DNA from: Planctomycetota bacterium | GTDB lineage: Bacteria > Planctomycetota > B15-G4 > JADJEK01 | DNA length: 64,000 nucleotides | NCBI GenBank assembly: GCA_044225365.1 | Contig: JBGAIQ010000005.1 | Coordinates: forward strand, 174,713 to 238,712 | Direction: 5' to 3' | In this document: positions 30,408 through 40,624 of the stretch, piece by piece | How the letters are laid out: each line of letters starts with the position of its first letter | Position numbering within the stretch: position 1 is the stretch's first letter | Translations under genes and position numbers: made by a program | The notes under the pieces: model-generated | What the model was told of the DNA's origin: nothing | What the model saw: the letters and a program-made list of their open reading frames with translations, nothing else | Database searches by the model: none

Positions 30408-31259
30408 ATGACGCTGGTCGGCGCCCTGCAGATCCTGGTGATGAGCGCGTTCGTCGTGATCTGCATCCGGCTCGAGACCGGATCGGGAGCGACGCGCAAG
30501 TTCGCGCGCTTCTGGCTCGACGCCACGCGTCGCGGCACGCTCCGCAATTGCCTGCTCGCCTACTTCGCCGTGTTCGGCATCGACGCCCTCGAGACCACGA
30601 ACGACGCGCGCATCACGGCCGCTCTCGGTCTCGATTTCACGCCCCTCATCCAATCGATCGAGGGCGGATTCGTCGCCGCGATGCAACGCCTCCTCGGCGT
30701 ACCGCTGCTCTCGCCCGTCTTCGCGTTCGCCTACGTCGTCGGATTCATCGGACTCCTGATGGGACTCGCGCTCGCGTACGATCGCGCGAACGACCCGCGC
30801 CGTCTCGTGCTCGTCACCTGGGCGTATGCCGCGAACTTCCTCGCCGTGCTCCCGTTCTACGTGTTCTTCCCCGTCTCCGAGCCCTGGTCGTTCGAAGGAT
30901 CGGGAGTCCTTCCCCTCACCGACCGCCATCTCGGACCGTGGGTGATGGAATTGATCCGACCGATGAGCGGGATCAACAATTGCTTCCCGTCCTACCACGT
31001 CTCCCTCACGGTCTCGCTCATGCTCATCGCGCTCGACGGGCGGCGGACGGCGCTCACCTGGTTCGCGCAAGCGTGCGGGTGGATCGTGATCGTCTCCACG
31101 ATGGTGCTGGGATTCCACTGGCTCCTCGATGTGATCGTTGGCGGCGCGTTCGGCGTCGGCGTCTTCGCGCTCGGAAGGAGTCTGTTCGAGCGTCGCTTCC
31201 CACGTCTCTCCGCAGCGACCCCGATCGACTCGGGCGCAACGATTCCGAGCAAGCCGTAA
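30408..31259 (+). CDS. PAP2_3 / Aur1-Ipt1-like membrane phosphotransferase
   Basis: Multi-TM; FPVSEPW, NCFPSYHV, STMVLGFHWLLDVIVG. Confidence 0.75.
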   Translation: MTLVGALQILVMSAFVVICIRLETGSGATRKFARFWLDATRRGTLRNCLLAYFAVFGIDALETTNDARITAALGLDFTPLIQSIEGGFVAAMQRLLGVPLLSPVFAFAYVVGFIGLLMGLALAYDRANDPRRLVLVTWAYAANFLAVLPFYVFFPVSEPWSFEGSGVLPLTDRHLGPWVMELIRPMSGINNCFPSYHVSLTVSLMLIALDGRRTALTWFAQACGWIVIVSTMVLGFHWLLDVIVGGAFGVGVFALGRSLFERRFPRLSAATPIDSGATIPSKP

Positions 31260-31305
31260 ATTCCTTGCCGCCGCTCGGTCGAAACTTGGTACCGGTATCG
31301 CCCCT

Positions 31306-33744
31306 TTGTCGACCACACCCTTGCTCACCCGCGACGAACTCAAGCAATCGATCCTGCGCTACACGCGCTACTCACTCGGAGTCGAGCTCAATTCGCTCAC
31401 TCCGCGCGAGCAGTTCATCGCTCTGTCCCTCGCGATCCGCGAACAGGTGATCGACCGTCTCCTCGAGACGCGCAAGCGTCATCGCGAGGGCGGGCGCAAG
31501 CACGTCTACTACTTCTCGATGGAGTTCCTCGCGGGCCGGGTGCTCACGGCGAACCTGCTGAACCTCGGCTTGCTCGACGTCTGCCGCGACAGCCTGACCG
31601 AGCTGGGCATGGAGCTCGAGGCGCTGACCGACATCGAGCCCGACCCCGCCCTCGGCAATGGCGGACTCGGTCGCCTCGCGGCGTGCCTCCTCGAATCGAT
31701 GGCCTCGCTCGACGTCCCGGGGTACGGCTACGGCATCAACTTCGAGTTCGGTCTGTTCCGACAGCGTTTCCGCGACGGGTATCAGGTGGAGCAGCCCGAC
31801 GTCTGGCGCGCGACGGGCACGCCGTGGCTCATCATCCGCCCCGAGAAGGCGCGGACGGTAGAGCTCTACGGCCGGCTCGAGAACGTGAACGGCAGCGGCA
31901 AGCAGCGCTGGGTCGACACGAAGACCGTGGTCGGCGTGCCCGCGGACCTGCCGATCGTCGGCTACTCGGGACGCACCGTCAACTTCATCCGCTTGTACTC
32001 GGCGCGGTCCCCCGCCGAGATCAACATCGAGCAGTTCAACAAGGGCGAGTACCTCGCCGCGCTGAAGTCGAACATCCTCTCCGAGCGCATCTCGAAGGTG
32101 CTGTACCCCGCGGACGACGTGCCCGCCGGACGCGAACTGCGCCTCATCCAGGAGTACTTCCTCGTGGCGTGCGCGCTGCGCGATGTCATCGAACGCCACG
32201 CGCGGAGCACGGCCGATCTGCGGCTCCTGCCGACCAAGATCGCGATCCAATTGAACGACACGCATCCGGCGCTCGCGATCGCCGAGTTCGTGCGACTGCT
32301 CACCGACGAGCACGGCCTCACGGTCCTCGAGGCCTTCGCGCTCGGACGCAAGGTCTTCTCCTACACGAATCACACGTTGCTGCCGGAGGCGCAGGAGACG
32401 TGGCCCGTCTCGCTGCTCGAGTCCGTCCTGCCGCGACACATGCAGATCATCTACGAGATCAACTCGGCGTTCCTCGAAGAAGTGGAGCGCACCTGGCCGG
32501 GGAACTACGAGAAGCGGCGCCAGCTCTCGCTCATCGAGGAGAACGGCGACAAGCGCGTACGGATGATGCACCTCGCGATCGTCGGTTCGCACAGCGTCAA
32601 CGGCGTATCGCGATTGCACGGCAGCCTGCTGAAGCGACGCCTCGTTCCCGACTTCGCAGCGATGTGGCCCGGCAAGTTCCACAGCATCACGAACGGCGTC
32701 ACGCAGCGGCGCTGGTTGCTCGCGGCGAATCCCGAACTCTCGAGGCTCGTCTCGAACCGGATCGGGGAGCGCTGGCTCGTCGCCGCGGAGCATCTGAAGG
32801 AATTGGAACCGCACGTCGACGATCCCGAGCTGCACGCCGCGTTCAACGCACAGCGGCTCTCGCACAAGGAGCGCCTCGCCGACCTCATCGCGAATCTCTC
32901 CGGCCACGCCGTGGATCCGCGATCGCTCTTCGACGTGCACGTGAAGCGCATGCATGAGTACAAGCGCCAGCACCTGAACGTGCTGCGCATCGTCCACGAC
33001 TGGCTCACGCTCGTCGACGACCGCAAGGTGCCGAGCAGCCCGCGGACATACGTCTTCGGCGGCAAGTCGGCGCCCGGCTACTTCATCGCGAAGCTCGTCA
33101 TCAAGCTCATCAACGAGGTCGCACGCGTCGTGAACACCGATCCGCGCACGGGCGATCACCTGCGCGTCGCATTCCTGCCCGACTATCGCGTCACGCTTGC
33201 CGAGCGGATCATCCCGGCGGCGGATCTCTCCGAGCAGATCTCGACGGCGGGCATGGAGGCCTCGGGCACGGGCAACATGAAGTTCATGATGAACGGCGCG
33301 CTCACGGTCGGCACCTACGACGGCGCGAACATCGAGATGCTCGAAGCGGTCGGCGAGGAGAACTTCTATCGCTTCGGGCTGATGGACGACGCGATCACGG
33401 CGATGCGTCGCGACGGCACCTACTCACCGCGCGACATCGTCGAACACGACCCGCGCGTGAAGCGCGTGATCGATGCGATCCGCGACGATCGCTTTAGCGC
33501 GAACGAGAAGGGCCTCTTCGCTCCGTTGCTCGACAACCTGCTCGATCACGATCCGTTCTTCGTGCTCGCCGATCTTCCGGCCTATCTCGACGTCCAGCAG
33601 CGGATCGGCGAGGACTTCCAGGACGTCCGCTCGTGGACGCGGCGAAGTCTCCTGAACGTCGCGCGCAGCGGCTACTTCTCGAGCGATCGCACGGTGCGCG
33701 AATACAGCGCGGCGATCTGGGACGTCGCGCCCAAGACCACCTGA
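31306..33744 (+). CDS. glgP: glycogen/alpha-glucan phosphorylase
   Basis: SMEFLAGR, LGNGGLGRLAAC, QLNDTHP, YTNHTLLPEA, KRMHEYKRQ, EASGTGNMKFMMNG; start approximate. Confidence 0.96.
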   Translation: MSTTPLLTRDELKQSILRYTRYSLGVELNSLTPREQFIALSLAIREQVIDRLLETRKRHREGGRKHVYYFSMEFLAGRVLTANLLNLGLLDVCRDSLTELGMELEALTDIEPDPALGNGGLGRLAACLLESMASLDVPGYGYGINFEFGLFRQRFRDGYQVEQPDVWRATGTPWLIIRPEKARTVELYGRLENVNGSGKQRWVDTKTVVGVPADLPIVGYSGRTVNFIRLYSARSPAEINIEQFNKGEYLAALKSNILSERISKVLYPADDVPAGRELRLIQEYFLVACALRDVIERHARSTADLRLLPTKIAIQLNDTHPALAIAEFVRLLTDEHGLTVLEAFALGRKVFSYTNHTLLPEAQETWPVSLLESVLPRHMQIIYEINSAFLEEVERTWPGNYEKRRQLSLIEENGDKRVRMMHLAIVGSHSVNGVSRLHGSLLKRRLVPDFAAMWPGKFHSITNGVTQRRWLLAANPELSRLVSNRIGERWLVAAEHLKELEPHVDDPELHAAFNAQRLSHKERLADLIANLSGHAVDPRSLFDVHVKRMHEYKRQHLNVLRIVHDWLTLVDDRKVPSSPRTYVFGGKSAPGYFIAKLVIKLINEVARVVNTDPRTGDHLRVAFLPDYRVTLAERIIPAADLSEQISTAGMEASGTGNMKFMMNGALTVGTYDGANIEMLEAVGEENFYRFGLMDDAITAMRRDGTYSPRDIVEHDPRVKRVIDAIRDDRFSANEKGLFAPLLDNLLDHDPFFVLADLPAYLDVQQRIGEDFQDVRSWTRRSLLNVARSGYFSSDRTVREYSAAIWDVAPKTT

Positions 33745-33793
33745 TCACGCAGAGCGCACGGCGAGCGGGCGTCCTCTCCCGTCCAGCGATGTT

Positions 33794-35191
33794 TCAGCGA
33801 TCCTTCGCGACGTCGCCCTTCACCTGCGCCGCTCGTTCGCGCAGGAGCCGCGCCGCCGGTGCGTCCTCGTCGAACAGCGCCGCCGCGCGCGCGTAGTTCG
33901 CCGCGGACTCGGTGGGATGGCCGGTCGTCGCTTCCGCCTCCGCGAGCAGCACGAGACTCGCCGGATCGCGACCTGCGCTCTTCTCCACGAGCGCCGCGAC
34001 GATCTTGCGACCGAGTTCGGCATTGCCGATCCCTTCGACCGACGAATCGATCATGCGTTGCGCGACGCACCGCAGGCCGACGAGGTCCCCGTCCCCCTCC
34101 TTCACGAGTTGCTCGAACTCCGCGCGCGCCGTTTGCCGATCGCCGAGGGACTCACAGATGCGGGAGAGCCGCGCCCGCAGGGCGAGATCCGTCGGCGTCT
34201 TGGAGAGGATCTGCTCGATCCGCTTTCGCGCACCTTGGAGGTCCCCTCGATCCTCGAGGAGGTTGGCGAGCTCGCGCAGATCCGTGACATCGCCCGTGAT
34301 CGAGACGCACCGGTCGAGTGCGTTCCCCGCCGCGAGCAGGTCGCCGCGCACGATCGCGAGGTTCTTCGTCGCCCGCCACACCTCCGCGTTCTGCGGGTCG
34401 CCCTCCATCCGCACGCGCTGCCAGTGCCAGGCGCTCGCGAGATCGTGGACCGCGATGTTCGACAGCGCTGCGCGTTCGATCGCGAAGTCCGAGCCCGGCA
34501 TCCGCTCCGCCGCGATCTCGTACCAGTCGCGAGCATCGACGTCGCGCCCGCCCTGCGCGCAGAGATCCCCGAGGATGAGCGGAGCGTCCGAATCCTCCTG
34601 CGACAACTCGAAGGCGCGAATCATGTGCTCTTCAGCCTTGGCCGACGCGCCGCGAAGGAGGAAGAGCACTCCGGCGTTGTAGTGCGCCGCGCCATAATCG
34701 GGATCGAGCGAGAGCGCAGCCTCGAAGTGTTCGAGCGCGCGATCGGAGTCGCCCTGCTTCATGCGAACGGCGCCGAGCTGGTTCACGGTCGCGGGGTCCG
34801 TCGGATCGAGTTCGCGCGCGCGCTCGAGCATCGCCGCCGCTTCGTCGAGGCGATCCACGCGATCGTAGGCGCGACCGAGGAACTGCATCGCGATCGCGTC
34901 CTTCGGCATCTGTTCCACGCTGATCTTCAACGGCGGGATCGCCTCTTCCGCGCGATCGCATCCGTAGAGCGCGAGGCCGTAGAGCAGGTTGATCTCGCCG
35001 TCCTTGGGCGCCGCGCGCGCCGCGCGCTCGAACGTCTTCGCGGCGCCGACGTAATCGCGATGCGCCAGCTGATCGCGACCCTTGCGGACGATCGGAGTGA
35101 TCTCGCTCGGTTCGTCGCAGCGCGCCGTGCTGGCCGCGACGAGAGCGAGGACGACGACAAGGCCGGGAAACGGGAATCGCCAGCGCGCCAT
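33794..35191 (-). CDS. exported tetratricopeptide repeat protein
   Basis: Signal peptide, then multiple TPRs (ALEHFEAALSLDPDYGAAHYNAG). Confidence 0.85.
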   Translation of the reverse strand: MARWRFPFPGLVVVLALVAASTARCDEPSEITPIVRKGRDQLAHRDYVGAAKTFERAARAAPKDGEINLLYGLALYGCDRAEEAIPPLKISVEQMPKDAIAMQFLGRAYDRVDRLDEAAAMLERARELDPTDPATVNQLGAVRMKQGDSDRALEHFEAALSLDPDYGAAHYNAGVLFLLRGASAKAEEHMIRAFELSQEDSDAPLILGDLCAQGGRDVDARDWYEIAAERMPGSDFAIERAALSNIAVHDLASAWHWQRVRMEGDPQNAEVWRATKNLAIVRGDLLAAGNALDRCVSITGDVTDLRELANLLEDRGDLQGARKRIEQILSKTPTDLALRARLSRICESLGDRQTARAEFEQLVKEGDGDLVGLRCVAQRMIDSSVEGIGNAELGRKIVAALVEKSAGRDPASLVLLAEAEATTGHPTESAANYARAAALFDEDAPAARLLRERAAQVKGDVAKDR

Positions 35192-35364
35192 GGGCCTGCT
35201 CCGGACGTCGAAGGGTGCGAATCGAGGTGGACCGCGCGAGGCCGATCCGAGGCTTGTCCAAAATGCGGACAACGGTCTTTTCGGTCGGATCTCGATGCGA
35301 CATGAGGGACGATCCGAGTTCGCCCGAGGGCAGAAAGCCGCCCCCTCTGTTCTAATGGGCGTCC

Positions 35365-37116
35365 ATGCCCCGCCCATCGAATCCTCCGCAGGTCTCGACC
35401 CATGCTGGCCTTGGGCAGAAACTCCTGCTCGCCGTCGGCTTCCCGGTCGGCGTCCTGCTCGCGCTCGAACTCGCCTGTCGGGTGGGCGGAGTCCTGCCCG
35501 CTCGAGTGCAGCGGCCGTTCAAGAATTTCAGCCTCGGCTGGTCGTGGACCGCGCAACCCGAACCCCTCGTGTTCCGCACCCAACCGACGCGGTTCTACGA
35601 ACCCAAACCGAACCGGCGCGGCGTCGCGCGGACGGACGAGCACGGGTTTCGGGGGCCCGATCATCCGCAGCGACACGCGCGGCTCGTGCGCATCGCGGTG
35701 CTCGGTGATTCCACGACGTTCGGCTTCGGCGTGAACTACGGCGACACGTTCTGCGCGCGCACGGAGAGCGAGCTGCGGAGGATCGAGCGGCAGGAGGGAC
35801 GCGTCGCCGACATCGACGTGATCGACGCCGGCTGCTACGGCTACTCGTCGTACCAGAACCGCGTCGATCTCGAGGAACGCGTGCTCCCCCTCGCGCCGGA
35901 CGTCGTCGTGTTCTGCCTGCCCGGGTTCAACGATTCGGTCGGCGCGCTCGGCTTCGATGACGAGAGCTGGGGCAAGCTCGCGCCACGAAGCGATGGCGGT
36001 CTCCTGACTCGCTTCCTCGACGACAGCCGGCTCGCTTCCGGACTGAAGAAGCTCCTCGCGCCGCTCGAAGAGAAGCGACTCCTCGGCGATGTCGGGAAAG
36101 CGCAGGAGCAGGTGCTGCGCGGGGACGTCACCCAAGGGCGGCGTGTGCCCGTCGAAGCGTTCGAATCCAACGTCCGCTCGATGATCGCGACGACGCGCGC
36201 GCACGGCGCCACCCCCATCGTCATGATCCACCCGTTCCCGGCCGATCAGGTGACGGAGGATCCGTATCGCGGCAAGTATGCCGCCGCAATGCGGACGATC
36301 GCGGCGCAGACCCATGCGACGCTCGCGGACGGCCCCGCACGGCTCGACTCGAGCGACGCCACGAACTACTACGACAAGATCCACCCGACGGAGCAGGGAC
36401 ACGCTCGGCTCGCCGAGGTGCTCGTCGCGGCGCTGCGGTCCGACGCGACCTGCACGAAGATCCTCACGGAGCGAGGCACCGTTGCCGTCACCCCGCCCTG
36501 TCTCGAGTCGCGCGCGGCGGCTCGGGTCGAGGCGAGCGGCGGCGCGCGCTTCGAGATCGAGGGCGATTTCGGCAACGATCCGTCGCCCCGCTTCTCGCTC
36601 GGCGGCAATCCGCTCGAGATCGTGGCGCTCACGAACGAACGCGCCACCGTCGAGACGCCGCCGCTGCCCGTCGGATCGCTCGACCTCACGGTGGCGACGA
36701 GAAGCGGCAGTGCCGTGCTCGAACGCGCGGCGGAAGTCGTGGGGCCGAGGCTCAGCGTGTCCATCGCGGAGGGCCGCGCGACGGTGCGCGTCGCTTCACT
36801 TCGTGACTCGAAGCGCTTCACGGTCCACGTCGCGACCGCCGCGCGCGAGAAGCCGATGATGCTGCGCCGCGTGTTCGGCCTCGATGAGAAGGCTGCGCTC
36901 GGCAAGCCGCTCGAAGCGACGCTCTCTGCCAGCACGAACCCCTCCGACCCGTTGCTCCCGCTCGAGGGCGTCCTCGAGATCCCGCTCCCCCCGGGTCAGG
37001 CGATCCCCCACCTTTTTCTACAGGCCCTCGTCGAACCCGACGCAGACGCCTGCGCGAAAGAGGATCGCCTCGCGATCGCCCTGCCGACGAACGTGGTCGA
37101 GGTCGGCGGAAAGTGA
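35365..37116 (+). CDS. membrane-anchored SGNH/GDSL hydrolase with IPT/TIG-like and C-terminal beta domains
   Basis: N-terminal TM, GFRG, LGDSTTFG, GFND, DKIHPTEQGH catalytic blocks. Confidence 0.85.
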   Translation: MPRPSNPPQVSTHAGLGQKLLLAVGFPVGVLLALELACRVGGVLPARVQRPFKNFSLGWSWTAQPEPLVFRTQPTRFYEPKPNRRGVARTDEHGFRGPDHPQRHARLVRIAVLGDSTTFGFGVNYGDTFCARTESELRRIERQEGRVADIDVIDAGCYGYSSYQNRVDLEERVLPLAPDVVVFCLPGFNDSVGALGFDDESWGKLAPRSDGGLLTRFLDDSRLASGLKKLLAPLEEKRLLGDVGKAQEQVLRGDVTQGRRVPVEAFESNVRSMIATTRAHGATPIVMIHPFPADQVTEDPYRGKYAAAMRTIAAQTHATLADGPARLDSSDATNYYDKIHPTEQGHARLAEVLVAALRSDATCTKILTERGTVAVTPPCLESRAAARVEASGGARFEIEGDFGNDPSPRFSLGGNPLEIVALTNERATVETPPLPVGSLDLTVATRSGSAVLERAAEVVGPRLSVSIAEGRATVRVASLRDSKRFTVHVATAAREKPMMLRRVFGLDEKAALGKPLEATLSASTNPSDPLLPLEGVLEIPLPPGQAIPHLFLQALVEPDADACAKEDRLAIALPTNVVEVGGK

Positions 37117-37173
37117 AGCGCGTTACATCGCGTTGACTTCGCGATCCCGCCTTTCTACCGAAGATCGGAGCGT

Positions 37174-37767
37174 ATGCCCTCCGATCTCGAACGACGCCGG
37201 CAAACGAACGACATGCGACTGTCGGCGCGAATGCGCCTCGCGGCCGCGGGCGACTTCGTTCTCGCGCTCGTGCTGACCGTCTCCACGTTCGACCCATGCG
37301 ACCTGCCGCGGGATTACGGCGAGACCGCGGCGATCTTCATCCTGGTCTCGCTCGGGCTCGTCGTCTTCTCCGTGACGTCGATCATCGCGGGTGGTCTCAC
37401 GAAGTGGCGCACGCGCATGTTCGTCACCGCCACGTCGTTCTTCCTCGGCAGCATGCTCGGAGGATTCTGCGGCGATGCGTGGACCACCTGGCGATTCGAG
37501 CGCCGTTTCGCCCGGGCGCGCGCGCTCGCGGAGACGGTTGCAGCTCGCGTCAAGGACGCGGCTCCTGGAACTCGCGCAGCGCCGACGGCCGAGGATCTTC
37601 GCGACGCAGATATCGCGCCGTTCGAGATCGCCGTCGACGTGGAACCCCATGAGACGCGAGCAATCGTTCACTTCCCGGACTTCGAGGAGCATTGCTTCAG
37701 CGCGTTCGCCACCTGGCACTCGACCACACGCGAATGGAAGGAAGCGTGGGAATGGCGATACCGCTGA
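37174..37767 (+). CDS. hypothetical membrane protein (about 3 TM)
   Basis: Three hydrophobic segments; fills the gap between neighbouring genes; start uncertain. Confidence 0.55.
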   Translation: MPSDLERRRQTNDMRLSARMRLAAAGDFVLALVLTVSTFDPCDLPRDYGETAAIFILVSLGLVVFSVTSIIAGGLTKWRTRMFVTATSFFLGSMLGGFCGDAWTTWRFERRFARARALAETVAARVKDAAPGTRAAPTAEDLRDADIAPFEIAVDVEPHETRAIVHFPDFEEHCFSAFATWHSTTREWKEAWEWRYR

Positions 37768-37881
37768 ACGCGCGGCGTGGTTGCCGCGACATCGACGACG
37801 GGCCGAACGGGCGCACGGCTGTGCGCCCGATACCCCGCCGATCGACCGGCACGGGGGAATCGCAGCGCCGCTTGCGACGCC

Positions 37882-40503
37882 TCAGGGTCCGAGTTCGCGT
37901 TGCGCGGCTTTCACGAGATCCGGTGAACCCAAGGCCTCCGCGGCGCGGATCGTCTCCTCGAGCAGGGACTTCATCTCCGCCGTCTGACCCTTCGCTTTGC
38001 GCAGCAAAGCCAATTGATAGGTCACGTACGGGTTCCCGGGGACGAGGGCGCGAGAGACCTGCAGCGCGCGCTCGGCGATCTCCAAATCGGCGTTTGGACC
38101 GGACGCGCGCGCGACGCCGTACTCGTAGGCGCGCTTTCCTTCGTCGATCAGCGTGTCCTCGGGCAGCTTCGCCTCGAGCGTGAGACTGCGGAGCAGCCCG
38201 GGAACGCTCCCGAGGTCGGCGTACGACGGACTGCGATGGACCGCCTCGAAGAACGCGGCCCGCGCGCGCGCCTTGTCTCGCGTGAGAGCGGCGAGACCGT
38301 CGTTCTTGTACGCGATCGCGATCTCCTGATCGAGATCCGGGAACTCGACGCGACGCGCCTTCATGTCGAGCAGGAGCTTCGTGAGGTCCTCGTAGGCGAG
38401 GGCGCGCTTCAGCAATCGCACTTCCTGGGCGGCGAGACGCCCGTCGCGATCGCCACGCAGCCGTGACGCGGCGCGGCACGACGCCAGCGCGAGCCCGTCG
38501 TTGTGCTGATCCTCCGCCGCGCTCGCGAGCATAGCGTAGAGATCGCCGATCGCGGCCGAGCCGCCGAGGAGCCGCGGGGCGACCGCTTCGAGTTCGCGCG
38601 CGGCCTTCTCGACCACCAGCACTTCGCCGTGCCCGATCGCGCGCTGGGCCTCGAGGAGGCGGATCTCGGGATCGCTCTCGCCCGCGAGCTTACGCGCCGT
38701 CTCGATGTAACGGAGCGCCGTGCTCTCCTGCGCCCGGCTGAGATAGAAGAGAGCGAGTTGGATCGCGGGCTGGGCGGAACCGGTCGCGAGCTCACCCGCG
38801 CGCTCGAGATCCTTCACCGCCGCGACGCCGTCGCCGCGCACCATCGCGAGTCGACCGCGATCGAAGAACGCGCGGGCGCAGTGATCGTCCGCCGCGATCG
38901 CGGCATCGAGCGCCACGCTGGCCGCCGCCCATTCCTTCTCGGCGGGTACGACGTCCTTCGGATCGGCGATCGCCGCGAGCTGCACGTGCCCCGACGCCTC
39001 GCGCGCGAGCAACTCCGCCTTCAGCGAAGCGCTCGACTCCGCCGGGATCATTTCGGCGCACCAGTCCACCACGTCACGACTCTTGCGCGCACGCAGCAGG
39101 AGATCGAGCAGATCGAGGCGCAGCGCACTGCGTTCCCTCGCGGTCGAATCGAGCGTCGCATGGGCGAGCGCGCGCTGCAGCAGCGCCACAGCGGACTCCG
39201 AGTCGTTCGTGAGAGCGCTCTCGAGAGCGAGAGCCCGATCGATCTCGAGGCCGCTCGCGGTCGACGGCGGCGCCATCACGAGACGCGCCTTCGCGCGATC
39301 GTGGATCGCGGCAGAACTCGACGCGGCGAGGTCCGCGACGAACGCGATTCGCGACGCCGTCGAACGCTCCGCAGCGGCGAGCGACGGATCGGCGATCTGC
39401 CGCGCGAACGCAGCGCGGTCGCTCACCGCGGGGACGAGCTTGCCCCGTGCGAATCCGAGATACGCGACGATCGCCACCGCGACCAGGATCGCTATCGCCC
39501 GACGGACGCGACGGCCATCGACCGCGTCCGCGAGCACGGCGACGTACGTCGCGACGATCACGATCGGCGCCGCGAGCGCGACCGACGACGCGAGACCGCG
39601 GCGCGCCTGCTCGATCGCGAGCAACGCCATCGCGACGAGCGCGAGCAGCGGCGCTGAGCGGCCTCCGAATCGCTTCTCCGGAGAGAACACGACGACGCCG
39701 AGTCCGAGCCATCCGAGCAGCACGCTGCCCGCGATGAGCGCATCGGGCGCGAACGCGAAGAGCGGCAGATGCGTGGGAATCGTTCCGGCGGCCGTCGCCG
39801 CGATCGCCGAGAGCAATGCGGAACCGTCGCGCAGCAATGCGCCGAGCGACTCGGCCGCGAGAGGCGCCTCGGGTGGAGAGAGCGGCGCGAACGCAGCGAC
39901 GAGATTCGCGAGGTCCGTCGACTTGAGGTACACCACGAGCGACGGCAAGGCGAAGGCCCGTGCGACGCCGTAGAGCGTCGCGAAGATCGCCGCGCCCGGC
40001 AAGCCCGGCGCCGCCTCCGCGAACGCGAACGCGAACAATGCGGCGAGCGGCGCGCCGCTCGGCGCGATCAGCACGACGAGGAATCCCAGGATCGCGCCGA
40101 CGACGGCGGCCGCGCTCCGTCCGAACGTCATGAGGAAGATGCTAAGGATCGCGACGAAGAAGCACGCGAGTTCGACGAGTCCGCTGAGGGATCCACACGC
40201 CGAATAGAAGGCCGGATGGAACAGCACGACGAGCGACGGCAGGAGCGCGAGGAACGGGCCCTGGCCCACCGACCGCCGCCACACGAGGAGCAGGATCGAG
40301 GTGAGGACGATCAGTCCTCGACCGATGTACTCCATCGCGGGAAGTCCGAACGGCTTCGAAACTCCTGCGAACTCCGCGGAAGGAAGCTGCTCGGGCAGGA
40401 TCGGCGGCGGGAACGGCAACGCCGTCGAGAAGTGCGGTGTCGCCGTGAAGACGACACCGAGCACGAGCAGGAGCAGGCCGGCGAGCAGGGTCGAACGGTT
40501 CAT
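37882..40503 (-). CDS. polytopic membrane protein with C-terminal TPRs (divergent TMTC/GT-C-like)
   Basis: About 10 TM segments including LFHPAFYSACGSLSGLVELAC, followed by TPR helices. Confidence 0.65.
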   Translation of the reverse strand: MNRSTLLAGLLLLVLGVVFTATPHFSTALPFPPPILPEQLPSAEFAGVSKPFGLPAMEYIGRGLIVLTSILLLVWRRSVGQGPFLALLPSLVVLFHPAFYSACGSLSGLVELACFFVAILSIFLMTFGRSAAAVVGAILGFLVVLIAPSGAPLAALFAFAFAEAAPGLPGAAIFATLYGVARAFALPSLVVYLKSTDLANLVAAFAPLSPPEAPLAAESLGALLRDGSALLSAIAATAAGTIPTHLPLFAFAPDALIAGSVLLGWLGLGVVVFSPEKRFGGRSAPLLALVAMALLAIEQARRGLASSVALAAPIVIVATYVAVLADAVDGRRVRRAIAILVAVAIVAYLGFARGKLVPAVSDRAAFARQIADPSLAAAERSTASRIAFVADLAASSSAAIHDRAKARLVMAPPSTASGLEIDRALALESALTNDSESAVALLQRALAHATLDSTARERSALRLDLLDLLLRARKSRDVVDWCAEMIPAESSASLKAELLAREASGHVQLAAIADPKDVVPAEKEWAAASVALDAAIAADDHCARAFFDRGRLAMVRGDGVAAVKDLERAGELATGSAQPAIQLALFYLSRAQESTALRYIETARKLAGESDPEIRLLEAQRAIGHGEVLVVEKAARELEAVAPRLLGGSAAIGDLYAMLASAAEDQHNDGLALASCRAASRLRGDRDGRLAAQEVRLLKRALAYEDLTKLLLDMKARRVEFPDLDQEIAIAYKNDGLAALTRDKARARAAFFEAVHRSPSYADLGSVPGLLRSLTLEAKLPEDTLIDEGKRAYEYGVARASGPNADLEIAERALQVSRALVPGNPYVTYQLALLRKAKGQTAEMKSLLEETIRAAEALGSPDLVKAAQRELGP

Positions 40504-40624
40504 GGAGCGAGGACCCAGGGGGAAGTCGAAGCACGAGGTCGGTGCGACAGTCTACGAACCGCTTCTCGTGGACGCGCGACTCGCGACGGATTTGGAGGCG
40601 TCGTCGCCGCGAACCGCCGCCGCT

